64,000 bases of DNA, from contig CBDETY010000003.1 of assembly GCA_965243025.1 (NCBI GenBank), positions 4,416,001 through 4,480,000 of the forward strand, read 5' to 3'. The notes beneath the pieces were generated by a model. It saw only the letters and a list, made by a program, of their open reading frames with translations, searched no databases and was not told the origin of the DNA. Both the position numbers and the translations under genes were made by a program. Shown piece by piece: positions 18,101-26,317 of this stretch. The stretch comes from Candidatus Latescibacterota bacterium. GTDB taxonomy: Bacteria; Latescibacterota; UBA2968; UBA8231. How positions within the stretch are numbered: the stretch's first letter is position 1; every line of letters begins with the position of its first letter.

Positions 18101-18363
18101 GCCTCCAGGGCCTGGCCGCGGCGACCCTCAACGCCGGCAAGACCGCCGACGGCCTGCAGGCCCTGCGCTGGTGGAAGCAGGGCCGCCTCGACCTCATCGA
18201 GGAGTACTGCCGCCACGACGTCCAGCTCACCCGCGACCTCTTCCGGCACGGCCTCGACAAGGGATTCCTGCTGTTCGACCGCAAGAACGAGGGCCGCATG
18301 CGGGTTCCGGTCTCCTGGGGCGAACAGGTGGCGGCGGCAGCTTCCGCGGCGAGGGCAAACTGA
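15121..18363 (+). CDS. MrfA/YprA-like DEAH helicase (DUF1998) fused to a C-terminal RNase_H_2/YprB-like DEDD exonuclease
   Basis: Motifs TPTASGKS, LDELH, SATIGNP, TSALELGIDIG, QRAGRVGR, CDCAEGCPSC; then VFDLETQ, GFNVIGFDY, YCRHDV. Confidence 0.92.
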   Translation: MIRRIDPSELPEDPPEDGRLSEPPSAPEQRTPKAGNLRARIEQIRKLAAAGRLDPGDLPAFDAAAAPPAGAPKGGPAYAPPPAPPPPAGYPVRSSSEASGPVPIADYIDQLKRTVAGESIVHERTIPPQPEAHAERIDHLGAGVERVVEAAGVGRLYSHQEEALRHIGEGRNVVVATPTASGKSLIYNAAVLSSLLADPGGRALYVFPLKALEQDQHAELQSLLAELNRGSGAELRAGIYDGDTKPHERRKIRENPPHILITTPDMLHGGILAFREAWESFLANLRFVVLDELHAYSGIFGSHVLHVVRRLNRICAACGSDPGYIACSATIGNPAEFAARLCNRQFTAVTESGAPAAARHFLFLNPPESPNTAAARLLQLSVSQGFRSIVFTRARVVTELIYRWATQARPDLRDRISSYRAGYMPEERREIEARLVSGDLLGVVSTSALELGIDIGGLDVCVLVGYPGSIVNTWQRAGRVGRSGRESLVLLIAGRDALDQFFMAHPRHLFQRRVENAVADPSNRYILQDHLACAARELPLAADEPEYAIDGYREALDELTAAGTLLRSAEGDAWFAARRQPHRLVSMRSIGESWNIVHGRRTIGSVSGGQLYSECYEGAIYLHRGRQYLIGERNPARRQIEAEAVDVPWYTRPKYEKETEIIEELRARPMHGYMARLGRLLVSSQVIACEKVRVGDQAILGRHPLESPVQQFETVGFWIEMDASFKKQLKRRGFHHMGSLHAVEHAVKSLFPLLALSKQTDVGGICYPLHPQLGKGAVFIYDQYPGGIGLAETGYDMLDRLFELTLEMVAGCDCAEGCPSCIHFPTCGAGNHPLDKAGCIHLLEILTGRRGLDEESLAVGAIEEEPPLFADWELGKDGEEEEEPLETDGSPHVVVFDLETQLSAAEVGGWNKTSLMRVSCGIAWDSREDRFITYFEDRIDELIGLLQRADLVVGFNVIGFDYSVLRGYSRCDFRELNTLDILREVHAHLNYRVSLQGLAAATLNAGKTADGLQALRWWKQGRLDLIEEYCRHDVQLTRDLFRHGLDKGFLLFDRKNEGRMRVPVSWGEQVAAAASAARAN

Positions 18364-18525
18364 AGCGGCGAACCGGATCGCGGGGCGGGGGCGGCCGGAT
18401 CCGGTTCGATTGTCCGTCGCCCCAGGGAGGCCGGACACCCCGGGGTGCGGGAAGCTCCGGGTTCCCCGGGGGGGCTCGAGGCCTGCGTGGAAAGGGGCGG
18501 TGCCAGTCGCCTGCCCGCCGCGGCG

Positions 18526-19302
18526 CTAGCGGTCGGCGAGCCAGTCCCTGACGTACTCGATCCCGGCGGTCCCCGTGCCGAGGAGATTGCCCGCCAGAAA
18601 AACAATCCCGTCGATGCGCCCGGATTCGATCCACGTCTCGGCGAGGCGGCACTGCTTCTTCATCAGCTCGGGCGGGACCTCCGCTCCCCCGGAACCGTAG
18701 TCCCACATGTAGCAGCCGAGAAGCTTGCGGCAGTCCGGGGCCATCGCCTCGACCGCGGGGAAGTTCCTCTCGAGATCGACGAGGTTCCTCGCCTCCCAGG
18801 TCCAGTAGGTCACCACGTCGCACAGGTCGAGGTACGGCTTCAGGGGCCGGCCGAGAATCATGTCGTAGACGACCGTCCACAGCTCCAGCTCCGGCTCGCA
18901 GCGACCGAGGGCGTCGCGGCAGCGGGCGAACTCGTCGAGCGAAAGCCGCGCCTGCTCGCCGTCCGCCCCCGGCTGCGAAAGGAAGAAATCGTCGGTGATC
19001 GCCCCGGTGAGATTGGGGCAGTCGCGGGCCAGCTCGAGCACCGGCTCCAGGTCGGAGCCGCCGTCGTTGCGGTCGCTGCTCGTATCGCCGACGATCGACC
19101 AGACGAGCCGGCGCGCCTCGTCGAGGTCGCCGACGTGGGGAGCGAAGGGGGGCTGCGGGAGGTTGTTGAAGACGACGTAGATCGCGTTCTCGATGCCGAA
19201 GTAGCGCAGCGCCTCCCCCGGAGTCGCCGAGGCGGCGGGCAGGTTCCAGCGCCCGTCGTGAGCTCCCCTCGGGTGACACCAGAGCCAGATTTTCTCTTTC
19301 AT
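18526..19302 (-). CDS. Hypothetical protein
   Basis: 258-aa ORF with globular composition (ITDDFF, YWTW, LGCYMWDYG) and host-like codon usage. Confidence 0.75.
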   Translation of the reverse strand: MKEKIWLWCHPRGAHDGRWNLPAASATPGEALRYFGIENAIYVVFNNLPQPPFAPHVGDLDEARRLVWSIVGDTSSDRNDGGSDLEPVLELARDCPNLTGAITDDFFLSQPGADGEQARLSLDEFARCRDALGRCEPELELWTVVYDMILGRPLKPYLDLCDVVTYWTWEARNLVDLERNFPAVEAMAPDCRKLLGCYMWDYGSGGAEVPPELMKKQCRLAETWIESGRIDGIVFLAGNLLGTGTAGIEYVRDWLADR

Positions 19303-19417
19303 TCGGGGACCTCCTGTCAGGTCGGGTCGGGAATGCGGCCGCTTTCCCCGGAGCCGGGGAGACGGCAGCCTCCCCGGCGGGTGGCGGGCCGGAGGGGCGG
19401 CCCCTTAGCGGTGACAG

Positions 19418-19816
19418 CTATCCCGGCAGTTCCTGCAGTTCCGGGGGCAGGCCGATCCTGCCGTCGATCACGCCGGTGCCGGTTATGACCGCCTGCAGCA
19501 CCCGCTCCCGTCCCGGCAGCCTGACGATCTCCTGCAGGAACTGGAAGCGGACCCGCCGCTGGCGGCGCATCCGCGAGCGCACGACGAAGCGGTCGCCGCT
19601 GCGCAGCGGGCCCTCGTAGTCGATCTCGGAGCGCGTGACCACGAGGTCGCAGCCGCGCTCGTGCAGGGCGGCGAAATCGATGCCGAGGCTCTTCAGATGC
19701 CGGTGGCGGGTGTGCTCCAGGTAGTTGAGGTAGACGGCGTTGTTGACGATCCCCTGCAGGTCGCACTCGTAGTCCCGCACCTCGAATTCCAGCTCGTAGC
19801 AGCCGTTCCCGGTCAT
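19418..19816 (-). CDS. Acyl-CoA thioesterase (4HBT/YbgC hotdog family)
   Basis: Motif VRDYECDLQGIVNNAVYLNYLEHTR; start could extend to 19870. Confidence 0.88.
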   Translation of the reverse strand: MTGNGCYELEFEVRDYECDLQGIVNNAVYLNYLEHTRHRHLKSLGIDFAALHERGCDLVVTRSEIDYEGPLRSGDRFVVRSRMRRQRRVRFQFLQEIVRLPGRERVLQAVITGTGVIDGRIGLPPELQELPG

Positions 19817-20050
19817 TCTGCCGCACCCGTTTCTGGCGTTTTGCACCGGTTGTAGATCGATGCCGGTCAAGTTATCTTGCTGCTCCCTCGGGGCAAGAGA
19901 GAAACCTCCGGACGGCCAGCCAACCGCGGCGCCGGCCCGCCGGGAATCCTCGCCGCCCCCGCCTGAGCACGGGAACAGGCAGCCTGACGCGGCGCGACGT
20001 GCCCGCTGCTCCGCCGCCTCCCGAAAACTGAAAGGTCACCGCGCGCCGCC

Positions 20051-21007
20051 ATGCGGATTTCCATCTGGGGCGATACCTCCGAAAGCCACCTGCGCAGAGC
20101 CTCGCAGCTCGGGGTCGACTGCCTCGACTTCGGCGGCGGCGACTGGTTCCCCGGCGTAAAGGAGCAGGGCTACCCCGACCTCGACGAGGTCGTCCGGATC
20201 CGCCGCAGGATCCGGTCCTGGGGAATGGACATCAACCGCGTCACCCTTCCCGACATCACCGGGGAGTTCATGAAGGACCGGGACGGGGCCGGGAAGGAGC
20301 TGGAAAACAGCTGCCGGGCGCTGCGGGTGTTCGCCGAAGCGGGAGTCCCGATCGCCAGACAGCGCGTCGCCGGAGACACCTTCCCGGGGGTGATGACCCG
20401 CTACCGCTCCAAGCACCGCGGCGGCTACGAATCGCGCGGGGAAAGCCTGGCGATGACCCGCAATCCGCCCCCTCCGCCGGCGCCGGAAGAGCTCGATTAC
20501 TGGTGGGAAAGGTTCTGCATCCTGTACGGGGAGCTTGTTCCCATCGCCGAAGAGACCGGCATCAGGCTGGCAATGCACCCGTCGGACACGCCGAACGCCG
20601 ACACCCCGCTCGGAGGCCTCGGCTTCCACCGGGTCATCGACGCCTTTCCGAGCCCGCAAGTGGGGTACCTCTACTGTTGCGGCACCCGCGCCGAGGCCGG
20701 CGGCGGACCGCTGATCATGGACGAGATCCACAACTACGGGCGCAAGGGGCGCATCTTCATGGTCCACCTGCGCAACGTGCGCGGCTCGCTGGCGACGGCG
20801 GGCGCCTTCGAGGAGGTGCTCCTCGACGACGGCGACATCAACATGTTCAAGGTGCTGCTCGAGCTGAAACGGCACGGCTTCGACGGCTGTCTCAACCCCG
20901 ACCACATCCCCGAACTCGAGGGAGACGGCGGCGGCGGCCGGCACGGACTCGCCTACTCGGTCGGCTACATCAAGGCGCTGCTGGCGGCCCTCGCGGCCGT
21001 GGCCTGA
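20051..21007 (+). CDS. Mannonate dehydratase (UxuA)-family protein
   Basis: Motifs LAMHPSDTP, YCCGT, VHLRNV, FEEVLLDDGDINM, PDHIP, AYSVGYIKALL. Confidence 0.8.
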   Translation: MRISIWGDTSESHLRRASQLGVDCLDFGGGDWFPGVKEQGYPDLDEVVRIRRRIRSWGMDINRVTLPDITGEFMKDRDGAGKELENSCRALRVFAEAGVPIARQRVAGDTFPGVMTRYRSKHRGGYESRGESLAMTRNPPPPPAPEELDYWWERFCILYGELVPIAEETGIRLAMHPSDTPNADTPLGGLGFHRVIDAFPSPQVGYLYCCGTRAEAGGGPLIMDEIHNYGRKGRIFMVHLRNVRGSLATAGAFEEVLLDDGDINMFKVLLELKRHGFDGCLNPDHIPELEGDGGGGRHGLAYSVGYIKALLAALAAVA

Positions 21008-21023
21008 GGTTCCGGCTCCTCCC

Positions 21024-22220
21024 TTGCCCCCCCGCAAGCGCATCGCCGCGGTCATAACCCAGTTTTTCCGCGGCTCCCACGCCGACGTTCTGGTCGACAA
21101 GTTTCTCAAGGGCTTCCCGACCGACGACGGCCTGATCGCGCCCCGGGTCGAGGTCGCCTCGATGTACATCGACCAGTTTCCCGACACCGACATCGGCAGG
21201 GGTATCGCCGCCGAGCACGGGGTCCCCATTTACCACAGCATTCCCGGCGCCCTGACGCTGGGAGGCGATTCCCTGGCCGTCGACGGCGTGCTGCTGATCG
21301 GCGAGCACGGGGACTACGCCTGGAACGAGAAACAGCAGCACCTTTTCCCGCGGCGCTATTTCATGGAGCAGATCTGCGGCGTCATGGCGACCAGCGGGCG
21401 CGGCGTCCCGGTCTTCAACGACAAGCACCTCTCCTGGAACTGGCACGACTGCCGCTGGATGTGCGAGCGCGCCGCCAGCCTCGGCGCGCCGCTGATGGCC
21501 GGCTCCTCGCTGCCGGTGGCCTGGCGCAGCCCCTGGCTCGAGCACGAGAAGGGGGTGGAGCTCGAGGAGGCGCTGGCGGTCGGTTTCTCCGGGCTGGACA
21601 TCTACGGGTTCCACACCCTCGAGGCGCTGCAGTGCATGGTGGAACGCCGCCGCGGCGGGGAATCCGGGGTCGCCGCGGTCACCTGCTTCGAGGGGGACGC
21701 CGTCTGGGAAGCGGCCGAACGGGGGGTGTGGTCGCGCGAGCTGGCCGAGGCCGCCTGCGCCGCGATTCCCGACAAGCCCGAGGGCGGCATGGAGGAACAC
21801 TGCCCCGACCCGGCGCTGTTCAGCGTCGAGTACCGCGACGGCCTCAGGGGGTCGGCGCTGATGCTGAACGGCTACGTCACCGACCTCGCCTACGCCGCCC
21901 GCCTCGGCGACGGCGGCGTAGAAGCCTCCGAGTTCCACTGTCAGGGCCACGGCGGCAACGGCGTGCACGCCCATTTCAGCTACCTCGGCCTCAACATCGA
22001 GGAGATGTTCGTCAGCGGCCGTCCCACCTGGCCGGTGGAGCGCACCCTGCTTACGAGCGGGGTGCTCGAAGCGGCGTTGACGTCCCGCCACGAGGGGTAC
22101 CGCCGGCTCGAGACCGGCTGGCTCGACGTCGCCTACGAATCGTACGACCAACTGCCCTGGCGGCCCCTCGGGCCGCGGCCGGCCGGCGCCTGCCTCGACC
22201 CCTGGCCGCCCCCGGCCTGA
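21024..22220 (+). CDS. Uncharacterised protein, distant Gfo/Idh/MocA-like oxidoreductase (copy 1)
   Basis: 398 aa, TTG start; motifs SHADV, VDGVLLIGEHGDY, VPVFNDKHLS, MAGSSLP, YGFHTLE, PVERTLLTSG. Confidence 0.8.
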   Translation: MPPRKRIAAVITQFFRGSHADVLVDKFLKGFPTDDGLIAPRVEVASMYIDQFPDTDIGRGIAAEHGVPIYHSIPGALTLGGDSLAVDGVLLIGEHGDYAWNEKQQHLFPRRYFMEQICGVMATSGRGVPVFNDKHLSWNWHDCRWMCERAASLGAPLMAGSSLPVAWRSPWLEHEKGVELEEALAVGFSGLDIYGFHTLEALQCMVERRRGGESGVAAVTCFEGDAVWEAAERGVWSRELAEAACAAIPDKPEGGMEEHCPDPALFSVEYRDGLRGSALMLNGYVTDLAYAARLGDGGVEASEFHCQGHGGNGVHAHFSYLGLNIEEMFVSGRPTWPVERTLLTSGVLEAALTSRHEGYRRLETGWLDVAYESYDQLPWRPLGPRPAGACLDPWPPPA

Positions 22221-22231
22221 GCGCGACCGCC

Positions 22232-23428
22232 ATGCCTGCGAAGAAGAAAATCGCCGCGATCGTCTCGGAGTACCGGCCCCGCTCTCACGCCGACGTCATC
22301 GTCTCGAAATTCCTCAGGGGCTTTCCCACCGACGACGGCTGGATCGAGCCGCGGGTGGAGATCGCCTCCCTCCACTTCGATCAGCCCGGCAACAGCGATC
22401 TCGGCCGCGAAATGGCGGCCGCCCACGGCGTACCGATCTTCGACGTCATGATCGATGCCCTGACCCTGGGGGGCGACCGGCTGGCCGTGGACGGGGTCCT
22501 CAGCATCTGCGAGCACGGCAAGTACGCCTGGAACGAAAAGGAGCAGTACCTGTATCCGCGGCGGCACTTCATGGAGCAGATCTGCGGCGTCATGGCGGCC
22601 AGCGGCCGCGCCGTTCCGGTGTTCAACGACAAGCACCTGTCCTGGAGATGGCAGGACGCCAAGTGGATGTACGACCGCGCCCGCGAGCTCGGGGCGCCGT
22701 TCATGGCCGGCTCGTCGGTGCCGCTGCTGTGGCGCAACCCCTGGCTCGAGCACGACGGCGACGATCTGCGCGAAACCGTGACCATCGGTTTCTCCGGACT
22801 GGAGGGCTACGGAATCCACGCCCTCGAACCGATGCAGGCGATGGTCGAGCGCCGCCGGGGAGGGGAGACCGGGGTTTCCGCCGTCACCTGCCTCGAAGGA
22901 GAGGCGGTATGGGAATCCGCGAGGCGCGGGGACTGGTCCCGCGAGCTGCTGCAGGCGGCGTGGGACGCCATCTCCGAGAAACCGGCCGGAGACGTCGAAG
23001 AGCTGTGCCCGGAACCGGCGGTGTTCCTTATCGAGTACCGGGTCGGGCTCCGGTCGGCGGTGCTGATCCTGCCGAGAGGGACGGTTTCCGACTGGGCGTA
23101 CGCGGCGCGCGCGGCCGGCGGAGAGGTGACGGCCACCGAGTTCAACCACTTCAAGGCCATCGACCCGATGCAGAACGCCAACGCCCACTTCAGCTACCTC
23201 GGCCTGAACATCGAGGAGATGTTTCTCACCGGGGTGCCGGCGTACCCGGTGGAGCGGACCCTGTTGACCAGCGGCATCCTGGCCGCGGCGATGGACTCGC
23301 GCCACGCCGGGCACGTGCGGGTGCGGACCGACTGGCTGGGCATCGAGTACGAGTCGTACAGACAGCTGCGCTGGCGGCCGACCGCTCCGCACCCCACCGG
23401 GGCTTCGACCGAAGTCTGGCAGCGGTAG
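22232..23428 (+). CDS. Uncharacterised protein, tandem paralogue of the upstream gene (copy 2)
   Basis: MPAKKKIAAIVSEYRPRSHADV..., VDGVLSICEHGKY, VPVFNDKHLS, MAGSSVP, YGIHALE, PVERTLLTSG; also 398 aa. Confidence 0.8.
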   Translation: MPAKKKIAAIVSEYRPRSHADVIVSKFLRGFPTDDGWIEPRVEIASLHFDQPGNSDLGREMAAAHGVPIFDVMIDALTLGGDRLAVDGVLSICEHGKYAWNEKEQYLYPRRHFMEQICGVMAASGRAVPVFNDKHLSWRWQDAKWMYDRARELGAPFMAGSSVPLLWRNPWLEHDGDDLRETVTIGFSGLEGYGIHALEPMQAMVERRRGGETGVSAVTCLEGEAVWESARRGDWSRELLQAAWDAISEKPAGDVEELCPEPAVFLIEYRVGLRSAVLILPRGTVSDWAYAARAAGGEVTATEFNHFKAIDPMQNANAHFSYLGLNIEEMFLTGVPAYPVERTLLTSGILAAAMDSRHAGHVRVRTDWLGIEYESYRQLRWRPTAPHPTGASTEVWQR

Positions 23429-23559
23429 GGGCCGCCTGCGTAAAGGAGTCATAGCTTCCGTCCGCGGCGCTCCGGGCCTGCCGGGCCTGCCCCCGCGGGC
23501 AAGAACCAACCAACAGAGGGTGGCCAATATGCACACCCTCGCAGACAAAGGAGAGGGAC

Positions 23560-24648
23560 ATGCGCACAAGCACCCTTGTTTCGCGTATCGCGACGACCGG
23601 CGGCGTCCTGCTGCTGGCGGCGGGAGCCTGGGCAGACGACCACGAGCTCCCCGCTCCGTCCGGAAATCCGGACATCATCTCGGCCGACGCCCGCATCGAG
23701 GTGGTCTTCGACGAGGCCCTCTTCACCGAGGGCCCGGCGGTGGCCCTGGACGGGTCGGTCTACTTCAGCGACATCACCTTTACAGGCGTCTCCGGCATGC
23801 AGGCCGGCCACATCTGGCGCCACGATCCCAGGACCGGAAAAACCGCCGTCTACCGCTCGCCGAGCGGCATGTCGAACGGCCTCAAGTTCGACGCCATGGG
23901 AAGGCTGATCGCCTGTGAAGGGGCCGACTTCGGCGGACGCCGGGTGACGCGCACCGACCTGGCCACCGGCAAGGCCGAGATCATCGCCGGCACCTACAAA
24001 GGCAAGAAGTTCAACGCCCCCAACGACGTCACCCTCGACGAGATGGGGCGGATCTACTTCAGCGATCCCCGCTACCTCGGGCACGAGTCCATGGAAATGG
24101 GGGTCTTCGCCGTCTACCGCATCGACACCGACGGTTCGATACACCGCATCATCACCGACGCCGGCAAACCGAACGGCGTCGCCGTGTCGCCTGACCAGAA
24201 GTCGCTCTACGTCGTCTCCAACGACAACGGCGCAACCGGACTGCCCCTTGCCGCGGCGGCACCCGGGAGCCTGACCCCCGAGGACCCCTTCTACAAAGGC
24301 AGAATGGCGCTGCTGGCCTACGACCTCGGCGAAGACGGGAGCGCCGCCTTCCGCGAGGTGCTGGTCGATTACTGGCCCGAAGACGGCCCCGACGGGCTGG
24401 TGTGCGACGTCAGGGGGAACCTATGGGTTGCGGTGCGCGACGCGAAGCGGCCGGGAATCGCCTGCTATTCCCCGAAGGGCGAGGAGCTCGCCTACATCCC
24501 GACGCCGATCCCGACCAACGTCGCCTTCGGCCGCGGCAAGACGGCGAAGACGCTCTACATGACCTACGGACTCGGCATGGACGGGCAGAAGTCCGTGCTG
24601 GCGAAGATCGAGGTCGAGGTCGAGGGATACCAGCTGCCGTCGCCGTAG
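23560..24648 (+). CDS. SMP-30/gluconolactonase family protein, secreted
   Basis: Signal peptide; motifs FTEGP, YFSDI, SNGL, FNAPND, YFSDP, KPNGVAVSPD, GPDGL, PTNVAFG. Confidence 0.92.
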   Translation: MRTSTLVSRIATTGGVLLLAAGAWADDHELPAPSGNPDIISADARIEVVFDEALFTEGPAVALDGSVYFSDITFTGVSGMQAGHIWRHDPRTGKTAVYRSPSGMSNGLKFDAMGRLIACEGADFGGRRVTRTDLATGKAEIIAGTYKGKKFNAPNDVTLDEMGRIYFSDPRYLGHESMEMGVFAVYRIDTDGSIHRIITDAGKPNGVAVSPDQKSLYVVSNDNGATGLPLAAAAPGSLTPEDPFYKGRMALLAYDLGEDGSAAFREVLVDYWPEDGPDGLVCDVRGNLWVAVRDAKRPGIACYSPKGEELAYIPTPIPTNVAFGRGKTAKTLYMTYGLGMDGQKSVLAKIEVEVEGYQLPSP

Positions 24649-24818
24649 CGGCTGGAATTACCGCCGGGGCAAAGGCGCCGGTTTCGGGCGCCTGCTGCCT
24701 TCGGCGGTCCGACCGGATCCTTCCTTCACTGAAGAATTCCCCACTCCAAATACCTTCGTTGACTCAGGGTCCCGGATCGCGCCAGGACGGACCGCCCCTT
24801 CGCGAAGACGGAAGACGG

Positions 24819-26147
24819 GTGGAACAGGACCTGAAGATCGAAAGCGTGCTCGGCAGCGCCGCGGTGATCGGCGCCGGCGGCAAGATGGGCAGCGGCATCG
24901 CCCTGCTCGCCGCCGAACTCATGGCCGGGCTGGAGATCGACGGGCAGCGGACAGGCCGGCTGATCCTGATCGACAGCCGGCCCCGGTCGATCGGGCCCCT
25001 GCGGGCCTACCTCGAAAGACACCTCCTGCGGCGAGCCCGGCGCCGCCTCCGGGACGAACGGGAGGCCCGGAGTTTCAGCGACCGCGCCATGGCCCTGGTG
25101 TCGACCGCCACCGGGCTCGAGGCGGCGCGGGACTGCGACCTGCTGTTCGAAGCGGTGCCGGAGTCGGAAGACCTCAAGACCGGCCTGCTGCGGCGGCTGC
25201 GGGAGATCTGTCCGCCGGAAGCGCTGTTCCTGTCCAACACCTCCTCCATCCCGATCCGCCTGCTCGACGAGGCCGCCGGGCTCGACGGCCGCCTCGTCGG
25301 CTTTCACTTCTACAACCCGCCGGCGGTCCAGAAGCTCCTCGAGCTCATTCCGTCCGGAGGAACCCGTCCCGGGCTCGTCCGCCTTGCCGAAGAACTCGCC
25401 CGCCGGTTCGGCAAGACGGTGGTGCGCTCGCGGGACGCCGCCGGCTTCATCGGCAACGGCCACTTCGTTCGCGAGGGGCTGTACGCGGCCGCCTGCGTCG
25501 ACCGCCTGCGGGACGAACTCGGCGAGCCGGAGGCGATCTACGCCTTGAACGCGGTCAGCGAAACCGGCCTGTTGCGTCCGATGGGGATCTTCCAGGTCAT
25601 CGACTACGCCGGCATCGACGTCTTCGCCGCGATACTCGAGGTGATGGAGCGCTGCATCGAGGGGGAGTCGTTCCCGGCCGAACTGTTTGCGCGCATGGTT
25701 GCCGAAGGCAGGCCGGGGGGCCAGCGCGGGGACGGCAGCCAGAAGGACGGGTTTTTCCAGTACGACGGACGCCGCCGCGCCGGGGTCTACGACTGCGCGG
25801 CCCGGAGTTACCGCCCTCTCGAAGAGGGAAGACTGCCCGCGGTCGACGCCGCTCTCGGAGCGCTGGCGGAACCTGGCACCAACTGGAGCGAGGTTCGCGC
25901 GGCCGGCGACCCGGAGGCGCTGATCCGGGACCACTTCCAGCACCTGGCCAAAGCGGAAGGGAGGGGCGCCGGCATGGCCCTGGAGTACGCCGCCGAGTCG
26001 CGGAGGATCGCCTCCCGGCTGGTCGGCGACGGGGTGGCCGCTTCCGCGGAGGATGTCGACACCGTGGTCACCCACGGGTTCCACCACCTGTACGGACCCC
26101 TCGACGAGTCGCTGGCGCCGCTCCCGGACGACGGGGATAACCGATGA
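24819..26147 (+). CDS. 3-hydroxyacyl-CoA dehydrogenase family protein
   Basis: Motifs VIGAGGKMGSGIA, FEAVPE, SNTSSIPI, GFHFYNPP, GFIGN, PMGIFQ..DYAGID; GTG start inferred. Confidence 0.85.
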   Translation: MEQDLKIESVLGSAAVIGAGGKMGSGIALLAAELMAGLEIDGQRTGRLILIDSRPRSIGPLRAYLERHLLRRARRRLRDEREARSFSDRAMALVSTATGLEAARDCDLLFEAVPESEDLKTGLLRRLREICPPEALFLSNTSSIPIRLLDEAAGLDGRLVGFHFYNPPAVQKLLELIPSGGTRPGLVRLAEELARRFGKTVVRSRDAAGFIGNGHFVREGLYAAACVDRLRDELGEPEAIYALNAVSETGLLRPMGIFQVIDYAGIDVFAAILEVMERCIEGESFPAELFARMVAEGRPGGQRGDGSQKDGFFQYDGRRRAGVYDCAARSYRPLEEGRLPAVDAALGALAEPGTNWSEVRAAGDPEALIRDHFQHLAKAEGRGAGMALEYAAESRRIASRLVGDGVAASAEDVDTVVTHGFHHLYGPLDESLAPLPDDGDNR

Positions 26148-26317
26148 AGGGCAGTTCGTGAGCCCCCATTTCCGGATCTCCCGCCGGCGCCACGGGGCGA
26201 AACCGGTGGGGAACCGGGATAAGCGTCCGCGAATTCACGAACGCCAGGGCCGGCCGCAGCCCGGATGGACTGTTTCAACCGGCTGTTGAGGCAGATAACC
26301 CGAACAGGAGCAGAAGG

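Noticed and set aside
15121-18363. DISARM/Druantia-type defence system
   Set aside because: No methylase, DrmC/D/E or other defence genes are adjacent; a repair role is more parsimonious.
21461-22231. 655-aa version of the second paralogue
   Set aside because: The extension overlaps paralogue 1 in another frame; homology begins at ATG 22232.
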